A stretch of 64,000 nucleotides of DNA from Eledone cirrhosa. Its lineage: Eukaryota. Each line of letters begins with the position of its first letter. Within the stretch, counting starts at the first letter, position 1. The position numbers were made by a program, and so were the translations under genes. The notes under the pieces were generated by a model that was given only the letters and a program-made list of their open reading frames with translations, did not search any database and had not been told where the DNA came from. Positions 41,241-60,066 of this stretch are shown piece after piece. The stretch covers positions 172,112,001 to 172,176,000 of the forward strand of contig OZ024743.1 of assembly GCA_964016885.1 (NCBI GenBank). The letters are read 5' to 3'.

Positions 41241-41659
41241 TTTTGCAAGGTTTTTGATAAGAAATCGTGTGTAGAAACAAATATTGCTTTAAAAAACTGT
41301 CTCTTTGTAGCTGTAGTGGAATCTGTGCTGCTGTACGGGTCTGAAACTTAGACACTCACTCAGATGGTGGATGGGTGCTACACGAGAATGCTAAAGATGA
41401 AAAACTAAGAGCTGTACGGGAGCCTCCGAAAAGTCAGAGGAGACTGAGGTTAGCTGGACATGCTCACCGACATCCAGAGTTCACACTGCACTCAGTGCTC
41501 CTGTGGGAGCCTCTGCATGGACACACTGGAAGTGGGAGACCGAGGTTGACATATGTTGATGCCCTAAGGACAGACACTGCTCTTTTGGAGCGCAGTACAT
41601 GGCAGCGATGATGAGTGACAGAGACCGTCCATGGATCTCGGGAATTTTACCCGCCCTAG

Positions 41660-41660
<1 letters not shown>
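41240..41660 (+). mobile_element. 3' fragment of an RTE/RTEX-like LINE
   Basis: VESVLLYGSET.TLT, DGCYTRML, RRLRLAGHAHRH..VLLWEP.HG...GRPRLTYVD. Confidence 0.8.
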
Positions 41661-41747
<87 letters not shown>

Positions 41748-41756
41748 TTTTATAGA

Positions 41757-41790
<34 letters not shown>

Positions 41791-41795
<5 letters not shown>

Positions 41796-42063
41796 ATACT
41801 TGGGGAGGGTCATATTTGTGTAATATTGCCAGAACACACTCACTGTTTGGTTTGTTTTCGCTTTTCACTTCTGTGTCTTTTATATCGGTAATCTAATTTA
41901 TTCGGTCCTCAATGTTGCCATTGACTGACCGACGGTCAAAAATAATACAGATACAATATAGACACAAACACATATATATAGTTTATCAAAGTTCTTTCGT
42001 TGCACATCTGCAACATCGTCAGTGGTGCTATTGTTTCCTGCCGTTACATTGTATGTCTACGCC

Positions 42064-42068
<5 letters not shown>
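41791..42068 (-). mobile_element. Solo terminal repeat of the 36-41 kb PLE family with HHR
   Basis: Matches 36441-36735. HHR at 41995-42022. Both flanks are (TA)n. Confidence 0.85.
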
Positions 42069-42154
<86 letters not shown>

Positions 42155-44127
42155 TATATATAAAACTGAAGTTGTCTGTCTGTCTATCTACTAAAACGGT
42201 CGGCACACATCGCCTCTTAAACCGAACGTTCAAATTTCGGTGAAATTGCTACACTTATAAATGAAGGTCCGGCGGAGACATCGGTCAAGTAATCTTTTAA
42301 ATCGATCTACGCCAAATGCAAAAATCGAATTTGTAATGTATTGATTTTTCAGTTCAAATGTATAAATAGAGATGAGAGACGAGTTATTTCTCTTTTATGG
42401 CGTCATTTGTTTATCGAACAAAATACGCGTACAAAAATACGCGAACAGTTTTCGAGCCAACAAAATTTAAACCTGCAATTCATGAGTTCGAAGTTTCAAC
42501 ATTAAGCTTCCCTTTTGCTTCATTTCCATTAAAAAGTCTTTTAAAACAGTATTTCAGCGCATCAGTCTCGCCATCACCCGAGGCAACGCTGCGAGTGTGC
42601 TGGCTTGCCTCAAAATTAGAGAGGTTGCCCAGTACACGCGACGTTGCTGACGTTGGTTCCGTTGTTCACCCCTTCCTTTGCATTTTCTTTAATATTGTAG
42701 TTTATGTATATATTTAAAATATATTTGTTATGTTATTCTACTGTAAATTTATTTATATGCGCTGTTTATACACTCAAAAATCTATGAAACTACATACATG
42801 TTGCAACTCTCTCTATATATATATATCACACACACACACATATACATCTAAAGAGAGAAAGAGAGAGTGAGATAGGTCGTTATACAGAGGGGGGTACAAG
42901 ATAATCAGATAGAGAGACAGAGAGGGAGAGAATGGCGACGAACGCTCGTTCACACACACACACACACAAACACACATATATATAAATATATAGAGAGAGA
43001 GATCTGCGCGTTCTTTATTGTTCTCCATTCTGTAGGAGGAAGAGAGAGAGAGGAGGTATGAGTGAGTAAGAGAGAGAGAGAAAGAGAGAGAGAGAGGTTG
43101 AGAAAGAAAGAAAGTTTATGCAAAGAATCGCTCCTTTCAACATTAACGGGATCTTAAATTAATAAATTCTATCTGTGGACGCAGAATTAAATATTTCGAG
43201 AAACGTTGCAACCGAAGGAAAACAGGAAGACGTTATTTTGGTTCGTGAAAACGTTTCCTGGTAATGAACGGAAAAAAGCGAGGATAATACGTCGTTATGT
43301 GGACCGAGAAGAACAATTTCATGCAAAGACAAGACCATGTTTATGGTGTAAATGGAGTTGTTAGACTAATATTCTATTTAAAAATTTAAAATAACCGAAT
43401 GATTTCCAGCCTGGAGTTTAAGAATGATGTAAATAAAATTGTAAACGAAAATGACAGAGGTTATTAAAATAGTTGTTTCTACGTTTGGCACAAGGCCAGC
43501 AATTAACCAGTACATTACTGGTACTTTATTTTATGGACCCCGTAAGGATGAAAGCAAAGATAACCTCGACGGGATTTTAACTTTGCCTTAAAATAGTAAA
43601 AGTAAATAGTGAAGATTTAGGCCAGTACATACGTATGCGCCGACGGACATACACATACATTCGCACACACAAATACACACACACGCGCGTGTGTGTGTAA
43701 GCCTTATGCATTTCTACAGTATTTTCACCAAACTTAAGACATAGGTTACTTATGAACTCCGGATGGTCATGGGCACTTTCATTTTTCCAGATATTGATTA
43801 TAGGGCCACCAGGTAGATAACCCTTTTAACCACTTCTTTGGAGTCGACTGAAGCACTGCAGTGAAATGCAACAAAACGTCATAACTTCTGGAGTTGGCAA
43901 CCGATTTTCACAAAACTTGACACGTGGGCTACGTTTGTTCAACAGATGAATGTGAACTTTCAGAATTGGCACATATTGAGTAGGGGACCCCTGGGGCAGG
44001 AACTCCCTTTTGGAGAAAGCCGATGATTTTGTAAAAGTATAGTTTTCCAAGCAGCACTGAAGTATTGACATAAATGGTATACATAACTGGTATTTAATAC
44101 CCGAGCAACGCCGGGTACCTCTGCTAG
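42155..44127 (+). mobile_element. Non-autonomous Helitron-like element with captured or nested fragments
   Basis: 5' end ...TATATAAAACTGAAGTTGTCTGTCTGTC. 3' hairpin cccg-agcaacgc-cggg then CTAG followed by T. Contains a SINE fragment (about 43475-43580, minus). Confidence 0.7.
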
Positions 44128-49861
<5,734 letters not shown>

Positions 49862-49884
49862 CATATACATACATATATATATAC

Positions 49885-49920
<36 letters not shown>

Positions 49921-52900
49921 GGGGTAACAAGTTATCGTTATAGGTAATCCAGTTAAAGTTTGTGAGTACTCTGCGTCGTGGATAGTTTTAGAGTACGGTT
50001 TTGTTTAACTCAATAAGATGTATCCATAGTTAGGCAGCGAGATCGCGGTAATTCCTCTGCAGGTTATACTTGGAGTAATAATAGTGAAAGAATGAAGAGT
50101 AACATGGTTGGCTGTATAACAAGGGGCTTTATTTCAGGTATTGACAATTGTTTCATTGATCAGGTGAGTCTAGAGGTAGCTAATCGTTTGAAGTTGCGTC
50201 ACTCGATCTCCATTACATTATTTACCTCTGATAAACTCAACAGAATACGAAGATATAAAAATAATTCACTCGAGGCAAGATATATATAGAAGAATTACTT
50301 ATAATCAAAACAATAACATCAATAATAATATATATATGGTAAATAGGTAGAGAAGTTACAGACGTAAAAAGTAAAAAGTAAAAGATAAGAAACAATACAT
50401 TAAAAAATAAAATATAAAAAAATAAATAAGGATAAGTGAGAGCATGTAAGTACAGAGTATGCTTGTGGTGGTGGTGAGTATGTGTTCTTATAAGGATCCT
50501 GTGGTGGGTTTAGTGCCAACATGAAAAGGCATATGCGAAATATACATAGATACGTGTAGAGAGTCTGATGTAGTGACAGATAAAAGAAAAAAGAAAAAGC
50601 AATAAATTAGAGATTAATTGGGGGTTAACAAGTATGAGATTTAAGGGCTAAGGGTGGATGGTGAAGGGAAGTTTGACAAATCTGTGTGGTAAATGTTATG
50701 CTGATTGTCTTGGGGTTGATGTTGTTTCAAGGAAAGAGGGTGAAAGAGATGTTAAGAGATTTATGATCTAGTGACCAGTTGGCCGTTTGACAGCTAATAG
50801 CAGTGTGATGGTGTGTATTCCATATGTTAAAATCCAGGTGATTCAGTTCAAATTTTGGGATTGCTGGTTCGAATCACGGTGGTTTGAAGTTTGTGAAGCT
50901 GGTAGCTATTTTATGCCTACAGAAAATTGATCTTTCTATATTGCTGTTAAGCAGCATCTTATCGTACCTTTGTGTTTTTAAGCTGCCAGATTTTATTGGC
51001 GAGCGTCGTAGAGTTCTCCGGTCTACGGTTCTTCATGGAGTGTCTGTGGACGTACCACCTTTTCTTGAACTCCCCAGCGTGGAACCTATGTAGTGCCAAG
51101 TAGAGTTGACTGAATTTACAGTACACAGGTACACCATACTCGAATCCAGGCATCTGTTTTGTAGTGGGCACTCGTCAGGTAGGTGGCAATTACAATTGGA
51201 AGTTTTTCTGTGTGCAGGTTCTCCGTTGCGATTTTGTAAGTTGTGAGTGGGTTTAGATTTAGGCCTATTAGTGTTTTGTTGTGATGCGCTCTGATGTGTT
51301 TGTTGTTGCGATGTTGTTATGTGTTTGCATTTTGTATTTGGTGCTATGGTGTATGTTGGTAGGTTAATTTCTTTGGGGATATTTTTGTGGTTGATTTTAC
51401 GTATGTGTGATTCTATGTTGGCTGCAGTAGAGTAAGATAGTTTTATAGTTTTTCTATTAAAGATTCTATGGTATTTGTGTAGTTTAGGGAAGTGCTTAAA
51501 GATTAAGAGTTGAATATTGGATTGAACCATAGGTATTTTCTATCTCTGGATCTTCTACAGTTTTTGAGGGTCCCTATATTACTGTTCGGTTCAGTTATTT
51601 TTGGTGCTCGTTGTCTAATTCTATGCTTAGTCCTATGCTTGTCATTTCTATAGGTGTTGGTAGTGTAGTTGTCATTAGCTTTGTTGCTGCTGTCTTTATC
51701 TGGTATGTATTCAAGCCCCTCTTTATGTCCTGCCTTATGTAAAGCTATGTTATAATAGTTTGCGTGTTCGTTAAAAATCTCTAGGTTAGAAGATAGGCAG
51801 ATATTCTGATGGATATACTATGTGCTATGGAGTTAATTATGGATCGGGGGTGGTTTGAGTTATAACTAATGTAGGCTAGATTCTCGTTATTTTTATGGAA
51901 TGGCTCTATTAATCCTGTGTTTAGGTTGAGTGTTACATCTAAGAAATTTGCTTTTTTAGAGTTAAGTTCGACAGTGATACCTAGGCCTAGTTTGTTGAAG
52001 AAGACTGATGTTTTTTCGTAATTTTTCCATGTTTTGATTATTTAAGTTTTTGGCTAAAAGGGGTGTGTCGTCTCTGTAAATTCCTCCCTGGAGGTTATTG
52101 CATTCCTTATGTAATTTGTGCGCTATATATATTCCCACCAAGTCCTTACCTGCGCTGAGTCGTTAGATCCCATTGTGATATCGAAGCTACTCTGTCTGTT
52201 TTTTTTTCGTTCCCAGTAACTGTTTTCGAATCTAATGATAGTCCTCATAGCAGCTAGTATTATTTTTATTTCGTCCGAGGTAAGGTCCGAATTTTTCTGA
52301 GCAAAGGTTAGCGCTTTATCTAGGGTGACTGGGGATATGGATGAGTAGTAGTCATTAATGTCGAACTGCACGAAGTTGGATGTTTCTCTACTGTTTATTT
52401 TGCTGAACCAGTCTATCGCTTCGGTAGTGTTACCCCATAGCCTAATTACTAGTTTGTCCTTAATTTGTGCGATAACTCTATCTAGTATATACTTGCTAAT
52501 TCTACCTATATCCGACTTCGATGGGTATATTAATCTAATTGTGGGGTCTATTTCGAAATTATATTTGCGATCCTTTAGGTTAAATGTGGGTTTGCAAGGG
52601 GTTAGAGGCTCGGTTCAATAAGATATTTTCAGCTTTTTTACTATGCTAAGTCCTTCCTTATTAATGCTAGTGAGTGCAGATTCTGTTGTTTTTTTATATT
52701 TTTTGTGCGGTTCACGGCGTATAAAATGATTGTATGTATTAAGGCTCATGGTGTATACGTTTGAGGTTTTGTCCGCCTTTACTATAATACCGTTGGTGTT
52801 GCGTAGTCGTTTTGCAATCTGTTGTATGTGTCCATTTTTTTTATTTAGTTCCACTTATCATGTTCATGAGGTCGAGTTTGAAGGCATCGAGCTGGGGGTT

Positions 52901-53469
52901 ATTTGGTGGATGATTTTTGTAGGATTCGAATCCGTATTTTCCCCTAGTTATTTTCCTGTGTTAATAGCGTGTCCTTTATCGTAATGGTAGGCCTTCCATC
53001 GGATTCGACGAATGACGTCATTAGTACGCTGTATCATGCCGAGTGTAGTCCTTCTTTGTTGGTATAGGTAAGTTTTTCAATGACATGCCTATGTGGTGCT
53101 TTTCCATCTTAGTGCCGTGCGATAAGGTTGTTGCTCAACCTAGTGGGAGCTGCGTATATGGGATAACAAGTTATCGTTAAAGGTAATCCAGTTAGAGTTT
53201 GTGAGCACTCTGCCTCGTGGATAGTTTTAACGTACGGCTTTGTTTGTCTCAACAAGATTTTTCCATAGTCAGGCAGCGAATTCGCGATAATTCCTATGCA
53301 GGTTATACTTGGAGTAATAATAGTGAAAGAATGAAGAGTAACATGGTTGGCCGTACAACAAGGGGCTTTATTTCAGGTATTGACAATTGTTTCATTGATC
53401 AGGCGAGTCTAGAGGTCGCTAATCGCTTGAAGTTGCGTCACTCGATCTCCATTACATTATTTACCTCTA

Positions 53470-53567
53470 ATCTGAGGTTGACTTTGCCTTTCATCCTTAC
53501 GGGGTCGATAAAATAAAGTACCAGTAATGCACTGGGTAATTGTTGGCCTTGTGCCAAAAGTAGAACA
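53470..53567 (+). mobile_element. 5'-truncated SINE inserted in the PLE terminal repeat
   Basis: 13-bp TSD attatttacctct at 53456-53468 and 53568-53580. Confidence 0.9.
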
Positions 53568-53886
53568 ATTATTTACCTCTGATCAACACATCAGAGTACA
53601 TAGATATAAAAATAATTCACTCGAGGCAAGATATATATAGGAGAATAGCGTATAATCAAAGCATAACTTTGTACTTACATGCTCGCACTTATCCTTATTT
53701 ATTTCTTTATATTTTTCATTTTCTTACTTTTTCAATGTATTGTTTCGTATCTTTTACTTTTTACTTTTTACATCTGTAACTTCTCTACCTATTTATCATA
53801 TATATTTTATTATTGATGTTACTGTTTTGATTATACGCCATTCTTCTATATATATCTTGCCTCGCGTGAATTATTTTTATATCTTC

Positions 53887-53982
53887 GTATTCTGATGAGT
53901 TGATCAGAGATAAATAATGTAATGGTGATCAAGCGATTAGCGACCTCTAGACTCACCTGATCAATGAAACGATTGTCAATAC
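53887..53982 (+). ncRNA. Type I hammerhead ribozyme with extended stem II and GUC cleavage triplet
   Basis: gtatt-CTGATGA-gttgatcag[~50 nt]ctgatcaat-GAAAC-gatt-GTC-aatac, followed by AATAAA. Confidence 0.78.
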
Positions 53983-54082
53983 CTGAAATAAAGCCCCTTG
54001 TTGTACAGCCAACCATGTTACACTTCATTCTTACATACACACACACACGCACACACACACACCCACACACATACACACACAC

Positions 54083-54268
<186 letters not shown>

Positions 54269-54909
54269 ATTCTTTTTGAATTTGCCACCGACGCAGAGGC
54301 AGTGATTTTCTCAATGGCTAGGAATTCAGTCCACGCTCTGCTATTTTCTATCCACTGAATTATTTTTTAATAAGTTTCCAGAGTCCACGCTTTGCCTGGA
54401 TACTTAGATGAGAATAGTCTTCCCTGACGACGGAATTATTCTCTGTGTTTTCTTCGGAAAATATATTTATTCCATTCCAGAATCTAATTAGTTGGAAGTG
54501 ATATTTTACTAAGTAAGTTAATTTTATAATTTTCTTATTTTAGGTCTCTCATATTATTGTTCTGCAACCCCATGCATTGAACCACAAAGTTACTAAGACA
54601 AAACCTATATATTTGCTAGCATTGATATGCATCTGTATGTATATATATGTTACTAGATATTAATTCTTCATATATATATATATATATACATATATACGGA
54701 TAACGAAGAAGAGTGATAAGGAACCAGATGGACCATAACGCACCAGAGTACTCAATACCTAGGGTAGTAGAGTGGGTAATAGGAAAATGTTTTACCCCGA
54801 CGGCAGAGCTCAAGCCGTTTAGACACCTATTTCTGGACTCAGTTCAGAAATAGCCGTCGAAACGGTTTGAGCCCTCCGTCGGAGTCAAACATTTTCCTAT
54901 ATATATATA

Positions 54910-55200
54910 GTGACAGAGTGAAGAATAACATGGTCGGCTGTACAAAAGGGTTTTATTTACAGTATTAACAAATGTTTCATTGATGAGCTGTATCTAAAGG
55001 CCACTCATCACTCGAAATTACGTCACTGATCAAATCATCGGAATAATGGAGGGTGTAACACATGGCACTGGTATTTATAGATACGTCGGAGAATCAAGTG
55101 AGTGAAAACAATAACACCAATAATAAAAGTATATATTAAAAATGAAAATGTTGAAGATGTAAAAAATAAGTAAAAAAATAAGTACAAAATACGGTTACTG
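54910..55200 (-). mobile_element. Diverged solo terminal repeat related to the 50-54 kb PLE
   Basis: Minus strand reads tatt-CCGATGA-tttgatcag..ctcatcaat-GAAAC-attt-GTT-aatac at about 54962-55055. Confidence 0.65.
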
Positions 55201-55457
55201 ATAATAGTAGTAGTGGTGGTGGTAGTTGAAGTTATAATGCTGAGTAAGTGGATGTGTAAAATAGTGATGACAGTATTGATAACAATAACATCAAAAGAAA
55301 TACGATATATGATAGGCGAAATGTAGTGTATTGAGTTTAAGCAAAGACACTCGACTGAGTTTCAGAAGATCTCGTTAAGGGTGAAAGCAGCGATTCTTTG
55401 CTTAAACTTTAATCTGTTCTTATAATAAATATTTTCCCTTCAGATTTCAGTCTTCAC

Positions 55458-55501
<44 letters not shown>

Positions 55502-55509
55502 ATAATATT

Positions 55510-58022
55510 AATAAATGGAAAAAATGTTTATAAGACCATATTTATGTTATTATACATATTTCAAGGGTACTAATATTTTAGTACGCTTTCGTCAGATAAA
55601 ATACAATAATTGGTGTAAAGATAGTGACATATCTTCATGTGAACTTCATGTTATAAATTCATTGAAGATAGTGAATATAATTTTTCAAAACTCAGGGGAA
55701 ATATGCTAATGAGGATAACGTTAAAATTGAAAAGGACCGTTAAGTTTAGACGCTAGATAGATTTTAAATATTTATCTAAATTACTTTTTAAAAAGGGTTT
55801 GCTATTAAATTTGAAAAAATATTTTAAAGTTAATTTAGAATTATTTATAGAAATATTCATATATACACCCAATCATATTTATAGAAATGTATGCATATAT
55901 ACACCCAATCATTTATAGAAAGAATGAAATAATTATATTTATTTATTTATTTAATTTTATAATATATTTTAAGAATATGGAAGTATTTATAATATTTAGG
56001 TGAGAATTATAAATTAATGTATAAAATTGAGAACTATTAATTTATTAAAGCAATATAATATGTGAAAGATACCCTGTATTTATATATACGATTGTATATA
56101 TTTTACGCATATATTTTTATATTATGATGAGTGCAGTTATAAATATAATGTATTGTAGTATAAGACATTATTGTATATCGTTATTAAAAAAAAATATTTA
56201 GTACATAAATAATTATGAGTGAAGATAGATATTATTTAAGTATATATAATTATGAAAGAGCGTAAGATATGTCGAGCGATGCATTTTCTATATATACCTT
56301 AAGAATGTGAAAATAATTATATTTTTTTAAGTGAAGATGTATAATATTATTATAATCTATTATTGTATAAGGTTAGATATAAAAATTTAAACATTTAATG
56401 TAAAATTTGAATGTCTCGTATATGTGAATTGTAAACAAACTTTTCTTAAGGTAAAAATAACTCTAGTGTTTAGTAATTTAAGGAATGTAAATTATTTAAA
56501 GATATATTGTTTAATCTAATGTCTAACCTAATAATTAATTATAATTTGTATTATAGTATAAGTAAAATGTCTATATGATTTCAGAACACCATATAGTAAA
56601 TATGGTCTACATAATAATAAAAAGATAAATGTTTCTATGTATAGATTTTGATAATAATAAGTATTTCTATGTATGAAATTTGATAATAGTAAATATTTCT
56701 ATGTATAAATTTAAGAGCTTTTAAAGACAACCACAAATATATATACTGTACATAGGCAACTTATACAGACCACGTGTAATATTTTCTATAAATTGTAAAT
56801 ATTGTGAAATATTCTGGAGAATCAATGCAAAGAATAATTAAATATTTCTTTTTTTTTGTTTTGTTAATAATATTACCAAGATTGGTAATTATATGAAAGA
56901 TTTCTTCAATACAGAGATGACAAATTCTGGAGAGAGTCATATTTTGGTAAACAGCCGCATTAGATATCCTTCGCCAAGAGATCAAATAGTCAGTGTTACT
57001 GTCTTTTAAAGACAAAATTAATTGTGATAGTGAGGTTGAGAATTTTTTGTCCGATCGTTTGAAAGTATGTTTATGATTATACCAACAGTCCATAAATTTT
57101 GAAGAAGTAGCTCCTACATAATTTTATAATCTATCTGTAGTTTTTATAGTGCATTTGTATACTAAATTTCTATCAAGGTAATTAGACTGTAAAGGGCATG
57201 ATATGTTATTTCTGCAATTACATTTTCTAATATTGTTGTTTTAATATACGGTATTATTATTTATGCATTCGCTATTATTAGTATACGTAATGTCATTAGT
57301 TATATTGTTATTGCTATTTGAATTTATTTGGGTTGAGTTTAATTTTAAATTCCTATTATTAATTTTATTAATATTTTGTGCTATATTCATAGTAGTAGAG
57401 TAAGAGAGTTTGATTGTATGTCTGTTAAAAATGGAGTGATACTTATGGGACTTAAGAAAACATTTATCTAAATCCTTAAAGAATTGGTGTGGTAAAGGTG
57501 TCTTAATTCCTAATGAAATTGGAGGAGAATACCAAATTATATTTCTAGTTCTAGCTTTTTTATTTGATTTATTATTTTGGTTAATTTATTTATTATTAAT
57601 ATTATAATAAACTTTAGGAGGTTAGTGTATACTATTCTTATCTATGTAGTTAATTTTATAATTATATCTAGCTCTGTGTAGAGCGTCATTGTAATATTTT
57701 GCTTTGTTATCAAATATATTTTTATTAGCTGACAGTCTAGACATTCTTTTCTGGACACTATTAACTATAGCCTTTTTAACATTTCTAGGGTGGTTAGAGT
57801 AAAACCTAATGTAGTTTAGGTTTTAATTAACCTTATGGAACGGGTAATTTAGTTAATTTAGTTAAAGTTTAGTGTAACAACTAAAAAATTAACAATTTTA
57901 TTATTATTTTCTATTTCTAATTTAAAGCCATAATTATTAAAAAAGTCTATAATAATTTTCCTTTTTCTGCTAAGTTCACTATTGTTATGTTTATAAGCTA
58001 TAAATAACGCATCATCACGATA
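55510..58022 (-). mobile_element. 5'-truncated very AT-rich Naiad-like PLE
   Basis: Starts at IYRDDALF. Contains KCNCRNNISCPLQ..LVYKC..YVGATS and CHLCIEE. Long 3' UTR ends in HHR CTGACGA-gtactaa/ttagtac-GAAA at 55559-55595. Confidence 0.85.
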
Positions 58023-58908
58023 TATCGTGATGATGCGTTATTTATAGTTGATAATAAAATTGTTAATTTCTTTTTACATAAACACACTTACATATATACA
58101 TTTATACACACACACATACATTCCAACATAAAAACACAACTGCATATAATTACATATACACGCATATGCATATAAATATATATATATTTTTTTATTATTG
58201 GTGTATAATCGTTCTTGTGCATGTACCGATGCATACATAATATTTTTTAGGAAGTTTATTCTTAGTTTTCGTCATATGTTATTTACAATGAAAATATCGC
58301 ATATCTAGGTATTATATTATTATAACATCATATCACAGAATATGTCATTTTAGACATAATTTATATGTAATATTACTAATAATTAATTGTGTATGTAGTA
58401 TATGACTTTATGGGTACATATTTATTTATTTCCATTTTTTATTTAGCCAAGTTTCTATATGTAGCTTTGATACTAAATGCTACTGTTTAAGATAAGACTT
58501 TTACATTTATTTTCAGGGTGTACAGGGATCGAATATATTCACAAGATATTGAGAGGTAATGTTAATCATACTTGTATATTAGAACTTACAATCATATAAA
58601 TATACGGGGATCTTATGGGCCCAGTCACACTTTTATAGCTTGATTCTCATAGTTGTCAATACACTTATATGTATATGTATATTTCTATTATTGGGTATTT
58701 TAATATATGATTGTGTATATTAAATTAATTTTTGTAGACTAACTGCATGTTAGGTGTGCTGAGAGATAATTTTTCTGCTCAAAATGAATGAACAGTAGAA
58801 ATAACATGTGTTCTGTGTACGGTGTATTAATTGTTGTATGCAAGTTAGAAACTTTTGAGTTTTATAATGGTTTAGGTTTTTAGGTTATATTTCAGGGTAA
58901 TGATGATG

Positions 58909-58980
<72 letters not shown>

Positions 58981-58983
<3 letters not shown>

Positions 58984-60066
58984 GACTAGGAAGCTATTGA
59001 CTATCTACAACATGTTCCACAAGAGGAGTGATGTCGATAGACTCTACCTAAGGAGATCTGAGGGTGGAAGAGGTCTTATCAGCATAGAGGACTGTGTTCA
59101 GATGGAGAAAAACAACCTATACAAATACGTGACCTATAGTAAGGAGCCAATGCTCAGAGCTGTACTGAAGGAGGGGACAGTAGGCCAGGGGATACCCAAG
59201 GAGGAAATAACATCAAGGAGGAAGAGCAGCCTTAAGGGAAAATCCCTTCATAGTACCTTCTTTGAGAAAACTGAATTTAGAGATCCACAGACATGGAACT
59301 GGTTGAGAAGAGGAGACCTCAAAAAGGCTACAGAAGGAATGCTAATGGCTGCGCAGGAGCAGGCCCTCAAAACGAAGTGGTTGAAGCACCATATCTACAA
59401 GGAGGAGGCTAGCCCACTGTGCAGGATCTGTGGAGAGAGAGAGGAGACTGTGGCTCACATTGTGTCCGAGTGTAAACACCTAGCCCAGACCCACTATAAG
59501 GGCTGGAGACACGATGTGATGGGCAGGGTGATCCACTGGCACCTGTGCAAAGTAAACAATCTACCACATTCTGAGAAATGGTATGAGCATAGGCCAGAGG
59601 CGGTGATGGAGAACAGTCAGGTGAAGGTGCTGTGGGATTTTAGGATACAGACGGACAAAAAACTGGAACACAATAGACCTGACCTGGTGGTTGTGGACAA
59701 AGAAAAAAGATCGTGCCTGATTGTGGATGTGGCCTGCCCGTTCGACACGAGAGTGCAAGAGAAGGAGAGGGAGAAAATTAACCGATACCAGGACCTAAAG
59801 TGGGAGGTGAAAAGGATTTGGAACTGCCATGAAGTCAAAGTGATCCCGATTGTCATAGGCGCACTGGGGACTATCTCCAAAGGTTTCCAGGGATGGTTAA
59901 AGAAAATCGGCCCCTTCACGCTTTTTGGAACGCTTCAAAAGGCATGCTTGCTTGGAACGGCAAGAACCCTCCGATACGTCCTGAATATCTGAGGCTGCAG
60001 GTAGTGGCTTGATATTCAATCCAACGGACTTTCCAGTTAACCAACATCAATGACTGAGATTCAAGG
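58981..60066 (+). mobile_element. 5'-truncated R4/Dong-like non-LTR retrotransposon (CCHC plus restriction-like endonuclease) within (AAT)n
   Basis: Uninterrupted ORF 58997-59992: RLYLRRSEGGRGL, CRICGEREETVAHIVSEC, RHD, RPDLVVVD..IVDVACPFD..EK..RYQDL. (AAT)n on both sides, consistent with the known TAA-repeat preference of Dong. Confidence 0.92.

Larger units (their letters stand above)
49915..54030 (-). mobile_element. Full-length decayed Naiad-like PLE with direct terminal repeats plus an upstream inverted repeat
   Basis: ATG at 53107 gives MEKHHIGMSLKNLPIP...IRWKAYHY. Also FDITMGSNDSAQV and CNCHLPDECPLQNRC..YIGST. 49915-50310 is repeated directly at 53155-53670, and 53670-54030 is an inverted copy. 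Confidence 0.92.

Noticed and set aside
54424-54470. CTGACGA...GAAA hammerhead candidate
   Set aside because: No stem I complementarity and a weak stem II.
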